DNA of 54,625 bases from Actinomycetota bacterium (lineage in GTDB: Bacteria; Actinomycetota; CADDZG01; WHSQ01). Below are positions 28,262-36,562 of the stretch, piece after piece; the stretch's first letter is position 1, and each line of letters begins with the position of its first letter. The notes beneath the pieces were generated by a model, which was not told where the DNA came from, searched no databases, and was given only the letters and a program-made list of their open reading frames with translations. The translations under genes and the position numbers were made by a program. The stretch spans positions 1-54,625 of the forward strand of contig DASRPA010000283.1 of assembly GCA_035646635.1 (NCBI GenBank). The letters run 5' to 3'.

Positions 28262-28659
28262 GTGGGCCGCGCCGGGTTGGCCGCTCTTCTCTTGGCCATG
28301 GGAGTGCTGGGGGCTGCGACACCTCTTCCCGGGAACCTCCGCCGCCTCGCCAGACCGCACCTTCTCAGACCGGTCTAACTGCGCCGTGTGATCTCGACGC
28401 CGCCGGAGAGATCCTTGGCGGCGCCCTGGAGGGCTATGAACCCCCAACGCCGAGGGCCGCAAGGAAACTATGCGAGAAGGCTGCGCCCCTCATCGCCGAA
28501 CAGGAGGCCAGGCAAAGGGCTCTGAAGAACCCTCCCAAACCCAAACCCCGGCCCGAGCCGTCGCCTCTGTATGTCGAGGAGGGCATCAATGGACAACGTG
28601 AGGTCAACGAGGGGCCTCCCTCGGAGTTCAAGTACGAGAATCTCTGGCGGGCGTCGTGA
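28262..28659 (+). pseudogene. Putative lipoprotein gene interrupted by a 1-nt frameshift in a G5 run (or an assembly indel)
   Basis: GTG at 28262 encodes VGRAGLAALLLAMGVLG... The G5 run is at 28308-28312. One extra G would give ..AMGVLGGC/DTSSREPPPPRQ... (lipobox LGGC), continuing in the frame that is open to TGA at 28657-28659 (...LYVEEGINGQREVNEGPPSEFKYENLWRAS*). That downstream frame has no ATG, GTG or TTG of its own. Confidence 0.5.
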
Positions 28660-28893
28660 AGAAACAAAACATCGCTGTGCTTGCGGGCGCCGAGAAGGAC
28701 GACCAAACCCACGGAATCATCAGCTTTCTGGTGGGCGACCCCTTTACCGGCCTATACGAGGAGAGAGTGCTCGATGCGCCTTCTTCCAGGCCCGATCCAC
28801 ATCGTGTCCGCGGAGAATCCCGACATCACAGTGGTTTCTGAGTCCACCGGGGAGACGGCCGTATTCGATGCGGAAGCGAGAGCCTGGGAGTAG
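28656..28893 (+). CDS. Possible small protein in two overlapping frames (28656-28841 and 28774-28893); may be one gene with a frameshift
   Basis: GTG at 28656 overlaps the upstream stop (GTGA): VKKQNIAVLAGAEKDDQTHGIISFLVGDPFTGLYEERVLDA... A second frame reads MRLLPGPIHIVSAENPDITVVSESTGETAVFDAEARAWE*. Removing one C near 28776-28780 would join them. No family recognised. Confidence 0.3.
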
Positions 28894-29021
28894 AGGCGGA
28901 CGGGAGCGATCTTCTCCACGTTAGCAGCGCTCAGCGCTCCTTTCGTGGAAAAAGTCGTTAGCGGCCGGAAAAACGCTCCAGAAATTCCCGACCTTTGTGA
29001 GCTAGTCTGTGCCTCGGCACT

Positions 29022-29585
29022 ATGTACCAGCTAACGGGATGGCCACGAATGAGGCAGCGGTCGGACTACAGCTTCGAATCTTCGAGTCCCCCAGACTCTG
29101 AGGAGTTGAACGTCGAGGAGGAGGCCGCTAACACGCGCATTCTGTGGGTTCGGATCGCCGCTCTGGTGGCCATCTTGGTGGCGGCTTTCATCGCAGGCTT
29201 CCTGCTCGCCCCCAGGGAGAGCTCGGACGCACGGGTCGGGGTCTTGGAGGCGGAGCTCGCGCAGTCCGAGGAAAACTCCCAACAGCTCGAGGCACAGCTT
29301 GCCGACGCCCGCCAGCAGCTCGCAGACGCCCAAGCTCAGATCGAGGAGCTGGAGGCGGCTGCGACGCCAGACGCCACCGCCACCGAGACGCCTGCCCCTA
29401 CTGAGGAAGAGCGAATCAGAACCTACACGGTTCAACCCGGAGACACACTCCAGGAAATTGCCGTCGACTACTACGGCGACGTCGACTACGACGACTTCCT
29501 CGCCGAGTTCAACGGCATCGCGGACACCACCGAGCTGCCGGTCGGCTTCGATCTCGAGATACCTCCGAAGCCCGACACACCCTGA
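29022..29585 (+). CDS. LysM-domain membrane-anchored protein with coiled-coil linker
   Basis: TM helix (ILWVRIAALVAILVAAFIAGFLL), a Glu/Ala/Gln-rich coiled coil, and a C-terminal LysM (YTVQPGDTLQEIAVDYYGD...EFNGI). Start uncertain (alternative start at the MRQRS... Met). Confidence 0.75.
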   Translation: MYQLTGWPRMRQRSDYSFESSSPPDSEELNVEEEAANTRILWVRIAALVAILVAAFIAGFLLAPRESSDARVGVLEAELAQSEENSQQLEAQLADARQQLADAQAQIEELEAAATPDATATETPAPTEEERIRTYTVQPGDTLQEIAVDYYGDVDYDDFLAEFNGIADTTELPVGFDLEIPPKPDTP

Positions 29586-29599
29586 CCCCCGGCCCCCCT

Positions 29600-30010
29600 T
29601 TGGCGCGTCGCTTCGAGATCCTGGAGCACACCGCCGACGTCGGGCTGAGGGCGTGGGGCGCCACTCTCGAGGAGCTGTTTGCTTCAGCGACCGAGGCCGT
29701 CGCTTACATCGCCGGGGCGTGGGAACCGGGCACGGGTGAGGAAATCTCTATCGAGGTGGAAGCCGCCGACCGCGAGGGACTGCTGGTCGCCTGGCTATCG
29801 GAGACCCTCTACCTCTTCGACAGCCGCGGCGGCGGGCTCGGCGGAGTGGGAGTCGCATCGATAAGCCGCGGCTCCTGCCGGGGGTGGGTAACGCTGCGGG
29901 AGCTGCAGGACCCGGACGAGGGAGTGCAGGTCAAAGCCGTCACCTACCACCAGCTCGAGGTCACTGAAGGCTCGGACGGGTGGATGGCCACCGTCTACCT
30001 CGACATCTGA
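29600..30010 (+). CDS. Archease (RtcB activator/chaperone family)
   Basis: 136 aa, TTG start. FEILEHTADVGLRAWG...VKAVTYHQLEV...ATVYLDI. Confidence 0.85.
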   Translation: MARRFEILEHTADVGLRAWGATLEELFASATEAVAYIAGAWEPGTGEEISIEVEAADREGLLVAWLSETLYLFDSRGGGLGGVGVASISRGSCRGWVTLRELQDPDEGVQVKAVTYHQLEVTEGSDGWMATVYLDI

Positions 30011-30026
30011 GGGCGGGCCGCCGGCC

Positions 30027-30217
30027 CCCTGAAACCCCGCCCCTGATCTGGCTTTGTGCCAGGAAACGTGCGGATTCCGCCCCTAATCTGGCAAAGAGCC
30101 GGCTGAGGGGCGGGGAGGGACGTCGGCACCCTGAGACCCCGCCCCTGATCTGGCTTTGTGCCAGGAAACGTGCGGATTCCGCCCCTAATCTGGCAAAGAG
30201 CCGGCTGAGGGGCGGGG
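30027..30217. repeat. Tandem pair (period 102 bp) of an 89-nt palindromic G+C-rich unit; each unit carries two CCGCCCCTRATCTGGC half-sites
   Basis: Units at 30027-30115 and 30129-30217 differ at one position. Unit ends are CCCCGCCCC...GGGGCGGGG, with internal hairpins CTGGCtttgtGCCAG and CTGGCaaagaGCCGG. An inverted relative lies at 44348-44428. Confidence 0.9.
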
Positions 30218-30249
30218 CTTCCCAGCCCTCAGACCGTATCGTTGCGGGC

Positions 30250-31037
30250 ATGGAAGACCTCGGCCTGTTCGGGCCCGGCAGCATGGCGTGGCGCATCCAC
30301 GGAGATCCCTCCTCGTTGATAGGGGGCCTCAGGGCCCTGTTGCTGCAAGCCCTGAACCCCCTCGCCATGGCCGTGATGGCGCAGAGCTCCAATTTTGCGC
30401 GGACCCATGGGGCCGGCTCCAGCGCACCAGCGACTACGTCATGACCACGACCTTTGGCAGTAGCCGGGTGGCTAGCGCTCAGGGGGCGCGCATCCGTGCG
30501 CTGCACTCCCGCATCACCGGTCTGGATCCCATGAGCGGACGCACCATCCGGGCCAACGACCCGAAGCTCTTGACCTGGGTGCACAACGTCGAGGTGGATT
30601 CCTTTTTGGCCGCGTACCGGAGCTACGGCGGACGGCCGACACATGCGGAATGCGACCGCTATGTGGCCGAGATGGTGACGGGTGCGGAGCTCGCCGGCCT
30701 GAGCCCCGACGACGTGCCTCACGATCTGGCGACCTTGCGCGACTACCTCGCTGCGGCGACGAATCTGCAAGCGACGCCCGAAGCCCGGCGCGGTTTGAAG
30801 TTCGTGTTGAACCCGCCCCTGCCCCCGCTGGCGCGTCCCCTCTGGGCCATCCCCGCCACCGCCGCCGTGGCGATCCTGCCCGCGCGCGCACGCAGGCTCT
30901 ACCGGATCCCGTGGCTCCCCCTGGCAAGTAGTGCCGTGCGTCCCAGCACCTTCGCTCTGTGTAGAGCCATGAACATCCTGCTTCCGGGGCCGCCGATCTT
31001 GAGGGAGGCCCGCGAGCGCGCCGCGGCTGCGGCGTGA
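30250..31037 (+). pseudogene. DUF2236 (MpaB-like oxygenase) family gene with a 1-nt frameshift at a T4 run
   Basis: N-terminal frame: MEDLGLFGPGSMAWRIHGDPSSLIGGLRALLLQALNPLAMAVMAQSSNF. The family sequence continues one frame over (..DPWGRLQRTSDYVMTTTFGSSRVASAQGARIRALHSRITG...). The switch lies at 30393-30403 (aattttgcgcgg). Confidence 0.7.
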
Positions 31038-32485
31038 CCACGGCCACCGAGCCGCGCCGAACCGGCGAGGCCGTTTGGGAGTTGCCCGTCGGCTATCGCG
31101 CCGGGATGAGGGTGCCAGGCCGCATCTTCGCCACCGAAACCCTGTTCCACAAGGCTCTCGAGGACCGCGCCGCAGAGCAGGTCGCCAACATGGCAACGCT
31201 ACCGGGGGTCGTGGGCGCGGCTTGCGCGATGCCCGACATCCACTGGGGCTACGGCTTTCCCATCGGCGGGGTGGCGGCTACGTCCGTGGATTCGGATGGA
31301 GTCGTGTCTCCCGGAGGAGTGGGCTTCGACATCGGTTGCGGGGTGAGGCTCATGCGCAGCGACCTGAGCTTCGAGGAAGACCTGAAGCCCAGGCTCCATG
31401 AGCTGGTTGCGGCGCTGGGCCGGGCTGTGCCGCGCGGGACAGGGGGCCGGGGACGAATGCCGCTGGATGAAGGCGGCCTCGATCGGGTGCTGCGTGAGGG
31501 AGCGTCGTACGCAGTGAGTCGGGGAGCGGGATGGGACGAGGATGTCGAGCTCGCCGAGGGCTCCGGCCCCCTCGCCGCTCCCCAGCCCGAGCACCTGTCG
31601 GAGCGAGCGCGCGAGCGGGGTCTGGGACAGTTGGGGAGCCTCGGCGCCGGTAACCACTTCCTCGAGGTCCAGGTGATCGACGAGGTACGCGACCTACAGG
31701 CGGCGGAGGTCATGGGCCTGTTCGAGGGCCAGGTCTGCGTGATGATCCACTCCGGCTCCCGCGGGCTCGGCCACCAGACCTGCACCGACTACCTGAGGCA
31801 ATTAGACCCGCTCATGCCGTCGCTCGGCTACGAGCTGCCCGATCGGCAGCTCGCCTGCGTTCCCTTCGACCATGAGCTGGCGCAAAGCTACATGGGCGCC
31901 ATGGACGCAGCCGGCAACTTCGCGCGCGCCAACCGCCAGGTGCTGGCCGATGCGGCGCGCGAGGCCTTCGGCACAACGCTGTCTGCAAGCGTCAAGTCGC
32001 TCGGCCTGTCGCTGGTCTACGACATCTCGCACAACCTCGCCAAGCTCGAAGAGCACGAGGTCGAGGGCAAGCGCATGAACCTGTGTGTTCACCGCAAGGG
32101 CGCCACACCTGCGCTCGGGCCCGGCAACGCAGAACTACCCGCGGCGTACTCGGCGATCGGCCAGCCGGTCATAGTTCCGGGCTCGATGGGCTCGGCTTCG
32201 TTCCTGCTCGTGGGACGGGCTTCTCCGCAGTCGTTCGCATCCACTTGTCACGGGGCCGGGCGCGCTATGTCTCGCACCGCGGCGAAGAAAGTGATGCCGG
32301 GCGAGCAACTCAAGAAGGAGCTCGAGGCCCAGGGCATCGTGCTGGCCGGCTCGAAGTGGAAGCTGTTGGCCGAGGAGGCGCCCTATGCCTACAAGGATGC
32401 TTCGGAGGTCGTGAAGTCGTGCGAGATCGCAGGGCTTTCCAAAGTTGTCGCACGGCTGCGGCCGGTCGGGGTCATCAAAGGCTGA
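31034..32485 (+). CDS. rtcB: RNA ligase RtcB (3'-phosphate/5'-hydroxyl RNA-splicing ligase)
   Basis: 483 aa, with GTG overlapping the preceding stop. MPDIHWGYGFPIGGV..., GFDIGCGV, GNHFLEVQ, HSGSRGLGHQ, CHGAGR. Confidence 0.95.
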   Translation: MTTATEPRRTGEAVWELPVGYRAGMRVPGRIFATETLFHKALEDRAAEQVANMATLPGVVGAACAMPDIHWGYGFPIGGVAATSVDSDGVVSPGGVGFDIGCGVRLMRSDLSFEEDLKPRLHELVAALGRAVPRGTGGRGRMPLDEGGLDRVLREGASYAVSRGAGWDEDVELAEGSGPLAAPQPEHLSERARERGLGQLGSLGAGNHFLEVQVIDEVRDLQAAEVMGLFEGQVCVMIHSGSRGLGHQTCTDYLRQLDPLMPSLGYELPDRQLACVPFDHELAQSYMGAMDAAGNFARANRQVLADAAREAFGTTLSASVKSLGLSLVYDISHNLAKLEEHEVEGKRMNLCVHRKGATPALGPGNAELPAAYSAIGQPVIVPGSMGSASFLLVGRASPQSFASTCHGAGRAMSRTAAKKVMPGEQLKKELEAQGIVLAGSKWKLLAEEAPYAYKDASEVVKSCEIAGLSKVVARLRPVGVIKG

Positions 32486-32710
32486 GGGCCGCGGAGGTTG
32501 ATGGTCACCATGCACCCTCACCGGTAAAGGCCTCTGGGCCGTTAGTAATATGCACCAGCCCCTGTGAGTGGTGAGCGTCCTTGGTGCTAATTGTAAACAG
32601 AAGGTGCGTGCGGTATGGAAATTGAGTTTGATCTTCCGAGCCTGATTGCCGGCATTCGGATTGTCGGCAGGTCGCACGACTCGCTTACTCCCGCTAGGCG
32701 TTACCATAGT

Positions 32711-32740
32711 TCCGTTCTTGAGCCATCCGTTCTTGAGCCA
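32711..32740. repeat. Exact 15-bp tandem duplication (tccgttcttgagcca, two copies) just upstream of a strong Shine-Dalgarno
   Basis: 32711-32725 equals 32726-32740. AGGAGGAG follows at 32743-32750, then ATG at 32756. Confidence 0.9.
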
Positions 32741-32755
32741 CAAGGAGGAGAAGGC

Positions 32756-33080
32756 ATGAGAAAAACAGTCATAATGAGCGTGGTCCTGGGTTCGTTGTTG
32801 ATCGTAGGCCAGTGCCGGGGATTGGTTCAGCAACAGAGTTGCAAGAGCGAACGTCCTTAGCGTTCGCATTAAGCACTACGGGTCGGCCGGGGATTCGGTT
32901 CAAGGAAATATCAAGATCTGGAACAAGGGCAACCCCGATAAGTATTACATCGAATGCAAGGTTGTCGCCAAGAATCGCAAGGGACGAAACATCGGCGCCG
33001 ATTACCCGACCATCTACACAAAGAGGGCAAGACTTCATACTCAATATTCCCGAATAGTAGTGCCTCAATCAAGAGAGTAA
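32756..33080 (+). pseudogene. Small secreted protein gene in a low-G+C islet, split by a 1-nt frameshift after the signal peptide
   Basis: ATG at 32756 gives MRKTVIMSVVLGSLLIVG.., then stops at 32860. From 32808 another frame is open to TAA at 33078-33080: ASAGDWFSNRVARANVLSVRIKHYGSAGDSVQGNIKIWNKGNPDKYYIECKVVAKNRKGRNIGADYPTIYTKRARLHTQYSRIVVPQSRE. That frame has no start codon; deleting one G at 32807-32808 joins the two. Confidence 0.5.
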
Positions 33081-33257
33081 AGATCCAAAATTGCTACAGG
33101 CAATACTGGTAGACGTCGGATACTTAAACGGCGGTCACTTTAGACACTGGTCTACCGTCTTCGGAGTATTTGCTGGTGCTGCAATCGAAGCCATCCCGGA
33201 ACGATGTCGCCGGTGGGTCTGAGGCACTGATGAACCGCCCGGGTCAAGCGTCCTCGT

Positions 33258-33680
33258 CTAGAGGTGCTCGAGGTTCTCCACTATCGCTTCTTGGGTGCTG
33301 CGCGCCACGACGACCACGGCTTCCTCGTCGTGGCGATTCTCCTCTACGTGCGGTTCGAAGGGAGGGATGTAGACGTAGTCTCCCGGTCCCGTTTCGATGG
33401 CTTGCTCCCGGCCGTCCTTCTTGAACAGAAAACGCGGCCGTCCCGACACGACGTAGATACACGTCTCGGACTTCCCGTGATGATGGGGGCCGGACGAAGC
33501 TCCGGCGAGCACGTGAGTCTGCCCCATGAAGATCGCCTGCGAGCCAGCCGACGACGCAGAGATCGCGGCCAAGCGGCGCATGCCCGAGGTCTGCCCGGTG
33601 GCATCCGACAACGAGGGTGCAGCTATGTGACGAAGTGGCACGGCTTCAGCGTATCCGCCGAACTTTGTCGCCGCGACCAC
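33258..33680 (-). CDS. Cupin-domain protein
   Basis: 140 aa. GPHHHGKSETCIYVVSG...GDYVYIPPFEPHVEEN carries the two cupin motifs. Confidence 0.8.
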   Translation of the reverse strand: MVAATKFGGYAEAVPLRHIAAPSLSDATGQTSGMRRLAAISASSAGSQAIFMGQTHVLAGASSGPHHHGKSETCIYVVSGRPRFLFKKDGREQAIETGPGDYVYIPPFEPHVEENRHDEEAVVVVARSTQEAIVENLEHL

Positions 33681-33722
33681 CTCGCGGGTGGTCGGACAGT
33701 CAAAGTTCGCATGCTTTCGCTC

Positions 33723-35057
33723 CTACTGGAAGATCTCGGTGGTGCAGTCGCCTCCAGGCAGGTGGATCTCGTGGGCGCGCGGCTTTCCGGGCAGGGCCGA
33801 GAAGTCGACGAAGAAGTCCGGGTTGAGCGACATGGCGCCGTCCTCTGCGATGTCGATCAACACGAGCCACGAGTCGAGGTCGGCGTAGAACTGGTTGTCC
33901 CAAGTGGAGAACAGCGAGTTGGTGGCGTAGAGCCGGCGCCCGTCCATCGACAGCTGCAACATCTGCGGGCCTCCGTCGAGCTTTGTCCCGTTGGGATGCC
34001 TTGCCTCCTCGAACAAACCCCCTAGCGCAACCGAGCCGGTGTGCTTGGGTTCCGCAGGGTTCGAGACGTCGTACTGGCGCAGGTCACCGTGAAGCCAATT
34101 CGAGAAGTAGAGGAAGCGGTCGTCCATGGAAACGACCAGGTCGGTGATCAGGCCCGGCACCGGGACCGGGAAGCCCTCGAGGTCGCGCGTCTCGATCTCG
34201 ATGACCGTGTCCGCCGCCCACTTGTCCCCGTCGCGATAAAAACGCCACATCGTCGAGGACAGGGCCGCACCGACGAATCCGGTCTCTGAGTCGGGGTCGT
34301 GGAGCCAGCGGATCTCCAGAGGAATCATGCCGGTGTCGCCGAGGTCGATGGTCTGCTGCACGGTGCGCCTTTCGAGGTCCCAGAAGTGGATTGAATGGCC
34401 GTAGTTGCCGGCGGCCACATCTTCGAGATTGAATCCGGGCATGAACACCTCGGGAGCGGCCCACTCGCTCGAGAGGAAGACGTTCTTGCGCGGCTGATAC
34501 CAGAAGTCGTAAGCCCACTCGGGCGCGCCGTTGGCCTCCCAGCGGCCCTTGATCTCGAAGCTCTGTGCGTCGAGAACCAGATAGCCTCCGCCCCGGCCCC
34601 CTTCTGCGTTGCCGAGCATAGACATCACCACGTTGTCACCGGGCATGCAATGGACCGTGTGCGGCGCCGACAGCCCGGTCTTCGCCTTGACCTCTTCGGG
34701 CTCGATGACTTTGACGATCTCGGGCGCCCTTGGATCCGTTGCCACGTCGACGATGTGGATGCGCGACGAGCGCACGCCGGGAACGACCAAGTGCTTGCGC
34801 TCGCGATCCTGGGCGTGACACGCCGAGCTGCAAATCTGCCAGCCATAGTGGTGAAGCTCGTCGCCGACGTTGGGCATGTCGGTGGTGTGGATGATCTGCG
34901 AATAAGTGTCCGAGGAGGGGTCGACATCGACGACTCCGAGGAAGTCGGGCCGCTCCTCGCCGGTGCCCTCGTAGAGCCCGGCCACATAGACGATGTCCTC
35001 GCGCGGAGCCTTGATCGCCTCTTGCGGAGATGCGTATCCGATGTTCGACTCTGTCAT
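33723..35057 (-). CDS. Selenium-binding protein family (SBP56; methanethiol-oxidase-like)
   Basis: 444 aa. GYASPQEAIKAPREDIVYV...DELHHYGWQICSSACH...HTVHCMP... is conserved SBP56 sequence. Confidence 0.85.
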   Translation of the reverse strand: MTESNIGYASPQEAIKAPREDIVYVAGLYEGTGEERPDFLGVVDVDPSSDTYSQIIHTTDMPNVGDELHHYGWQICSSACHAQDRERKHLVVPGVRSSRIHIVDVATDPRAPEIVKVIEPEEVKAKTGLSAPHTVHCMPGDNVVMSMLGNAEGGRGGGYLVLDAQSFEIKGRWEANGAPEWAYDFWYQPRKNVFLSSEWAAPEVFMPGFNLEDVAAGNYGHSIHFWDLERRTVQQTIDLGDTGMIPLEIRWLHDPDSETGFVGAALSSTMWRFYRDGDKWAADTVIEIETRDLEGFPVPVPGLITDLVVSMDDRFLYFSNWLHGDLRQYDVSNPAEPKHTGSVALGGLFEEARHPNGTKLDGGPQMLQLSMDGRRLYATNSLFSTWDNQFYADLDSWLVLIDIAEDGAMSLNPDFFVDFSALPGKPRAHEIHLPGGDCTTEIFQ

Positions 35058-35107
35058 GGTGAAACCCCCTTCGAGTGCGGTCTTCGGCCGACACCAGCCT
35101 ACACGGG

Positions 35108-35914
35108 TCAGGCCCGCTGACAGCGGGGACAGAACGTGGTCCCGCGGCCCCCCAGCACGATCTTCTTGAGCGGAGTGGCGCAGCGTGGGCAGGGTAAGCC
35201 TGCTCGCCCGTAGGCGATCAGAAAGCTAGCGTTTCTTCCCGGTTCCCCGTCGACCTTCACGTAGTCGCGAAAAGTCGTGCCCTCCCTTTCGACGGCGGCC
35301 GCGAGCACCTCTCGAACGGCGCCATGCAGCCGGGCCGCCCGCCGAGGCCCAACCCGCCGTGAGGCGGGGTGGATGCGCGCCAGCCACAGGGCCTCGTCGG
35401 CATAGATGTTGCCGACCCCCGCCACCGCTCGCTGCGACATCAGGAAGGGTTTCACGGGAGCCTTGGTGCGCGCCAGAGCAGCAGCGAAAGCGTGCACATC
35501 GAACTCGTCCGACAACGGCTCCGGTCCCAACAAGGCAAGTGTTGGAATCGCCTCGTAGTCTCCCTCGTCCACCACCGCCATACGCCCGAAGCGGCGCACG
35601 TCGCGAAACGTCAGCGTGCGCGCGTCGTCGAGCCGCAACCGCGCCCTCACATAGGGGTCGCCCAGACGGTCGAAGCCGAGCTGACCGGTCATCCCGAGAT
35701 GCATGATCAGCTCGAGCCGCTGATCGAGAGGTGCAATAAGGAACTTGCCTCGCCGGAAGACCCTCGCGATCGTGCGGCCGGGGAGGCGGTCGAGGCCCAT
35801 GAACTCTCTGGGAACAGAGGGGATGGGGTCGGCCCACGCATCCACGATCGTGCGGCCGGCCAGCGCAGGCTCGAGCTGGCGGCGGACGGACTCGACCTCG
35901 GGTAGCTCGGGCAT
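35108..35914 (-). CDS. mutM: Formamidopyrimidine-DNA glycosylase
   Basis: MPELPEVESVRRQL N-terminus, H2TH region, and C-terminal zinc finger CPRCATPLKKIVLGGRGTTFCPRCQ. Confidence 0.95.
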   Translation of the reverse strand: MPELPEVESVRRQLEPALAGRTIVDAWADPIPSVPREFMGLDRLPGRTIARVFRRGKFLIAPLDQRLELIMHLGMTGQLGFDRLGDPYVRARLRLDDARTLTFRDVRRFGRMAVVDEGDYEAIPTLALLGPEPLSDEFDVHAFAAALARTKAPVKPFLMSQRAVAGVGNIYADEALWLARIHPASRRVGPRRAARLHGAVREVLAAAVEREGTTFRDYVKVDGEPGRNASFLIAYGRAGLPCPRCATPLKKIVLGGRGTTFCPRCQRA

Positions 35915-35940
35915 ATGAAGGGGCGCTAGGTTAGCCCGCC

Positions 35941-36477
35941 ATGGCTCTCGTCCACACGATCGGGCATGGCACCAAGACCTCCGAGGAGCTGATCGAGATG
36001 CTCCAGAGCGCCGGTGTGCGCCGGCTCGTCGATGTCCGTCGCTTCCCCGGCTCCCGCCGTCATCCCCAATTCTCCCGTGCGGCGCTCGAGCACTCTCTGG
36101 GAGCGGCAGGGCTCGACTACGAATGGCGTGGCGAGGAGATGGGCGGGCGCCGCAAGGGGGCCGAGAACACCCGCCACCCGGCGTGGCGTAACCGGTCTTT
36201 TCGTGCCTACGCCGACCATATGGACACCGCCGAGTTCCGGGCCGCCCTGGAAGCGCTCGAGGAGGCGGCGGAATCCAAGTCCTCGGCGGTCATGTGCGCC
36301 GAGACCCTGTGGTGGCACTGTCATCGGCGGCTGATCGCCGACGCCCTGCTGCTGCGCGGGACCCGGGTGGTTCATCTCGTGAGCCCGGGCTCAGCCCAGG
36401 AGCACGTTCTCAATCCGGCAGCCCGGGGCGGAGACGACGGATGGCCGGTCTACGACCTGGGCGTACACCTGATCTAA
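35941..36477 (+). CDS. DUF488-family protein
   Basis: HTIGHGTKTSEELIEML...LVDVRRFPGSRRHPQF...MCAETLWWHCHRRLIAD. Confidence 0.8.
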   Translation: MALVHTIGHGTKTSEELIEMLQSAGVRRLVDVRRFPGSRRHPQFSRAALEHSLGAAGLDYEWRGEEMGGRRKGAENTRHPAWRNRSFRAYADHMDTAEFRAALEALEEAAESKSSAVMCAETLWWHCHRRLIADALLLRGTRVVHLVSPGSAQEHVLNPAARGGDDGWPVYDLGVHLI

Positions 36478-36562
36478 TCCCCCCGGGGGATGCAAACGCA
36501 GGGCTGCCCCCATAGACTTGAAGAGCCTGAACAGCTCGCAGCACCTCGGAAGGGAGCTCAGA

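Noticed and set aside
30027-30217. Possible CRISPR array (regular repeats)
   Set aside because: Only two units separated by 13 nt, the units are 89 nt long and internally palindromic, and no unique spacers or cas genes are present. The same reasoning excludes the other tandem repeats (3373, 44730, 48368, 50274).
32135-32869. 244-aa minus-strand ORF covering the rtcB 3' end and the low-G+C islet
   Set aside because: It overlaps the well-supported rtcB for about 350 nt. The remainder has no Shine-Dalgarno and no recognisable domain, and it runs antisense to the strongly signalled small secreted-protein gene.
33089-33110. Weak hairpin ATTGC-ctgta-GCAAT plus TTTT on the minus strand as the terminator of the cupin operon
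   Set aside because: The stem is only 5 bp, A/T-containing, and about 150 nt beyond the cupin stop. This is not strong enough to annotate.
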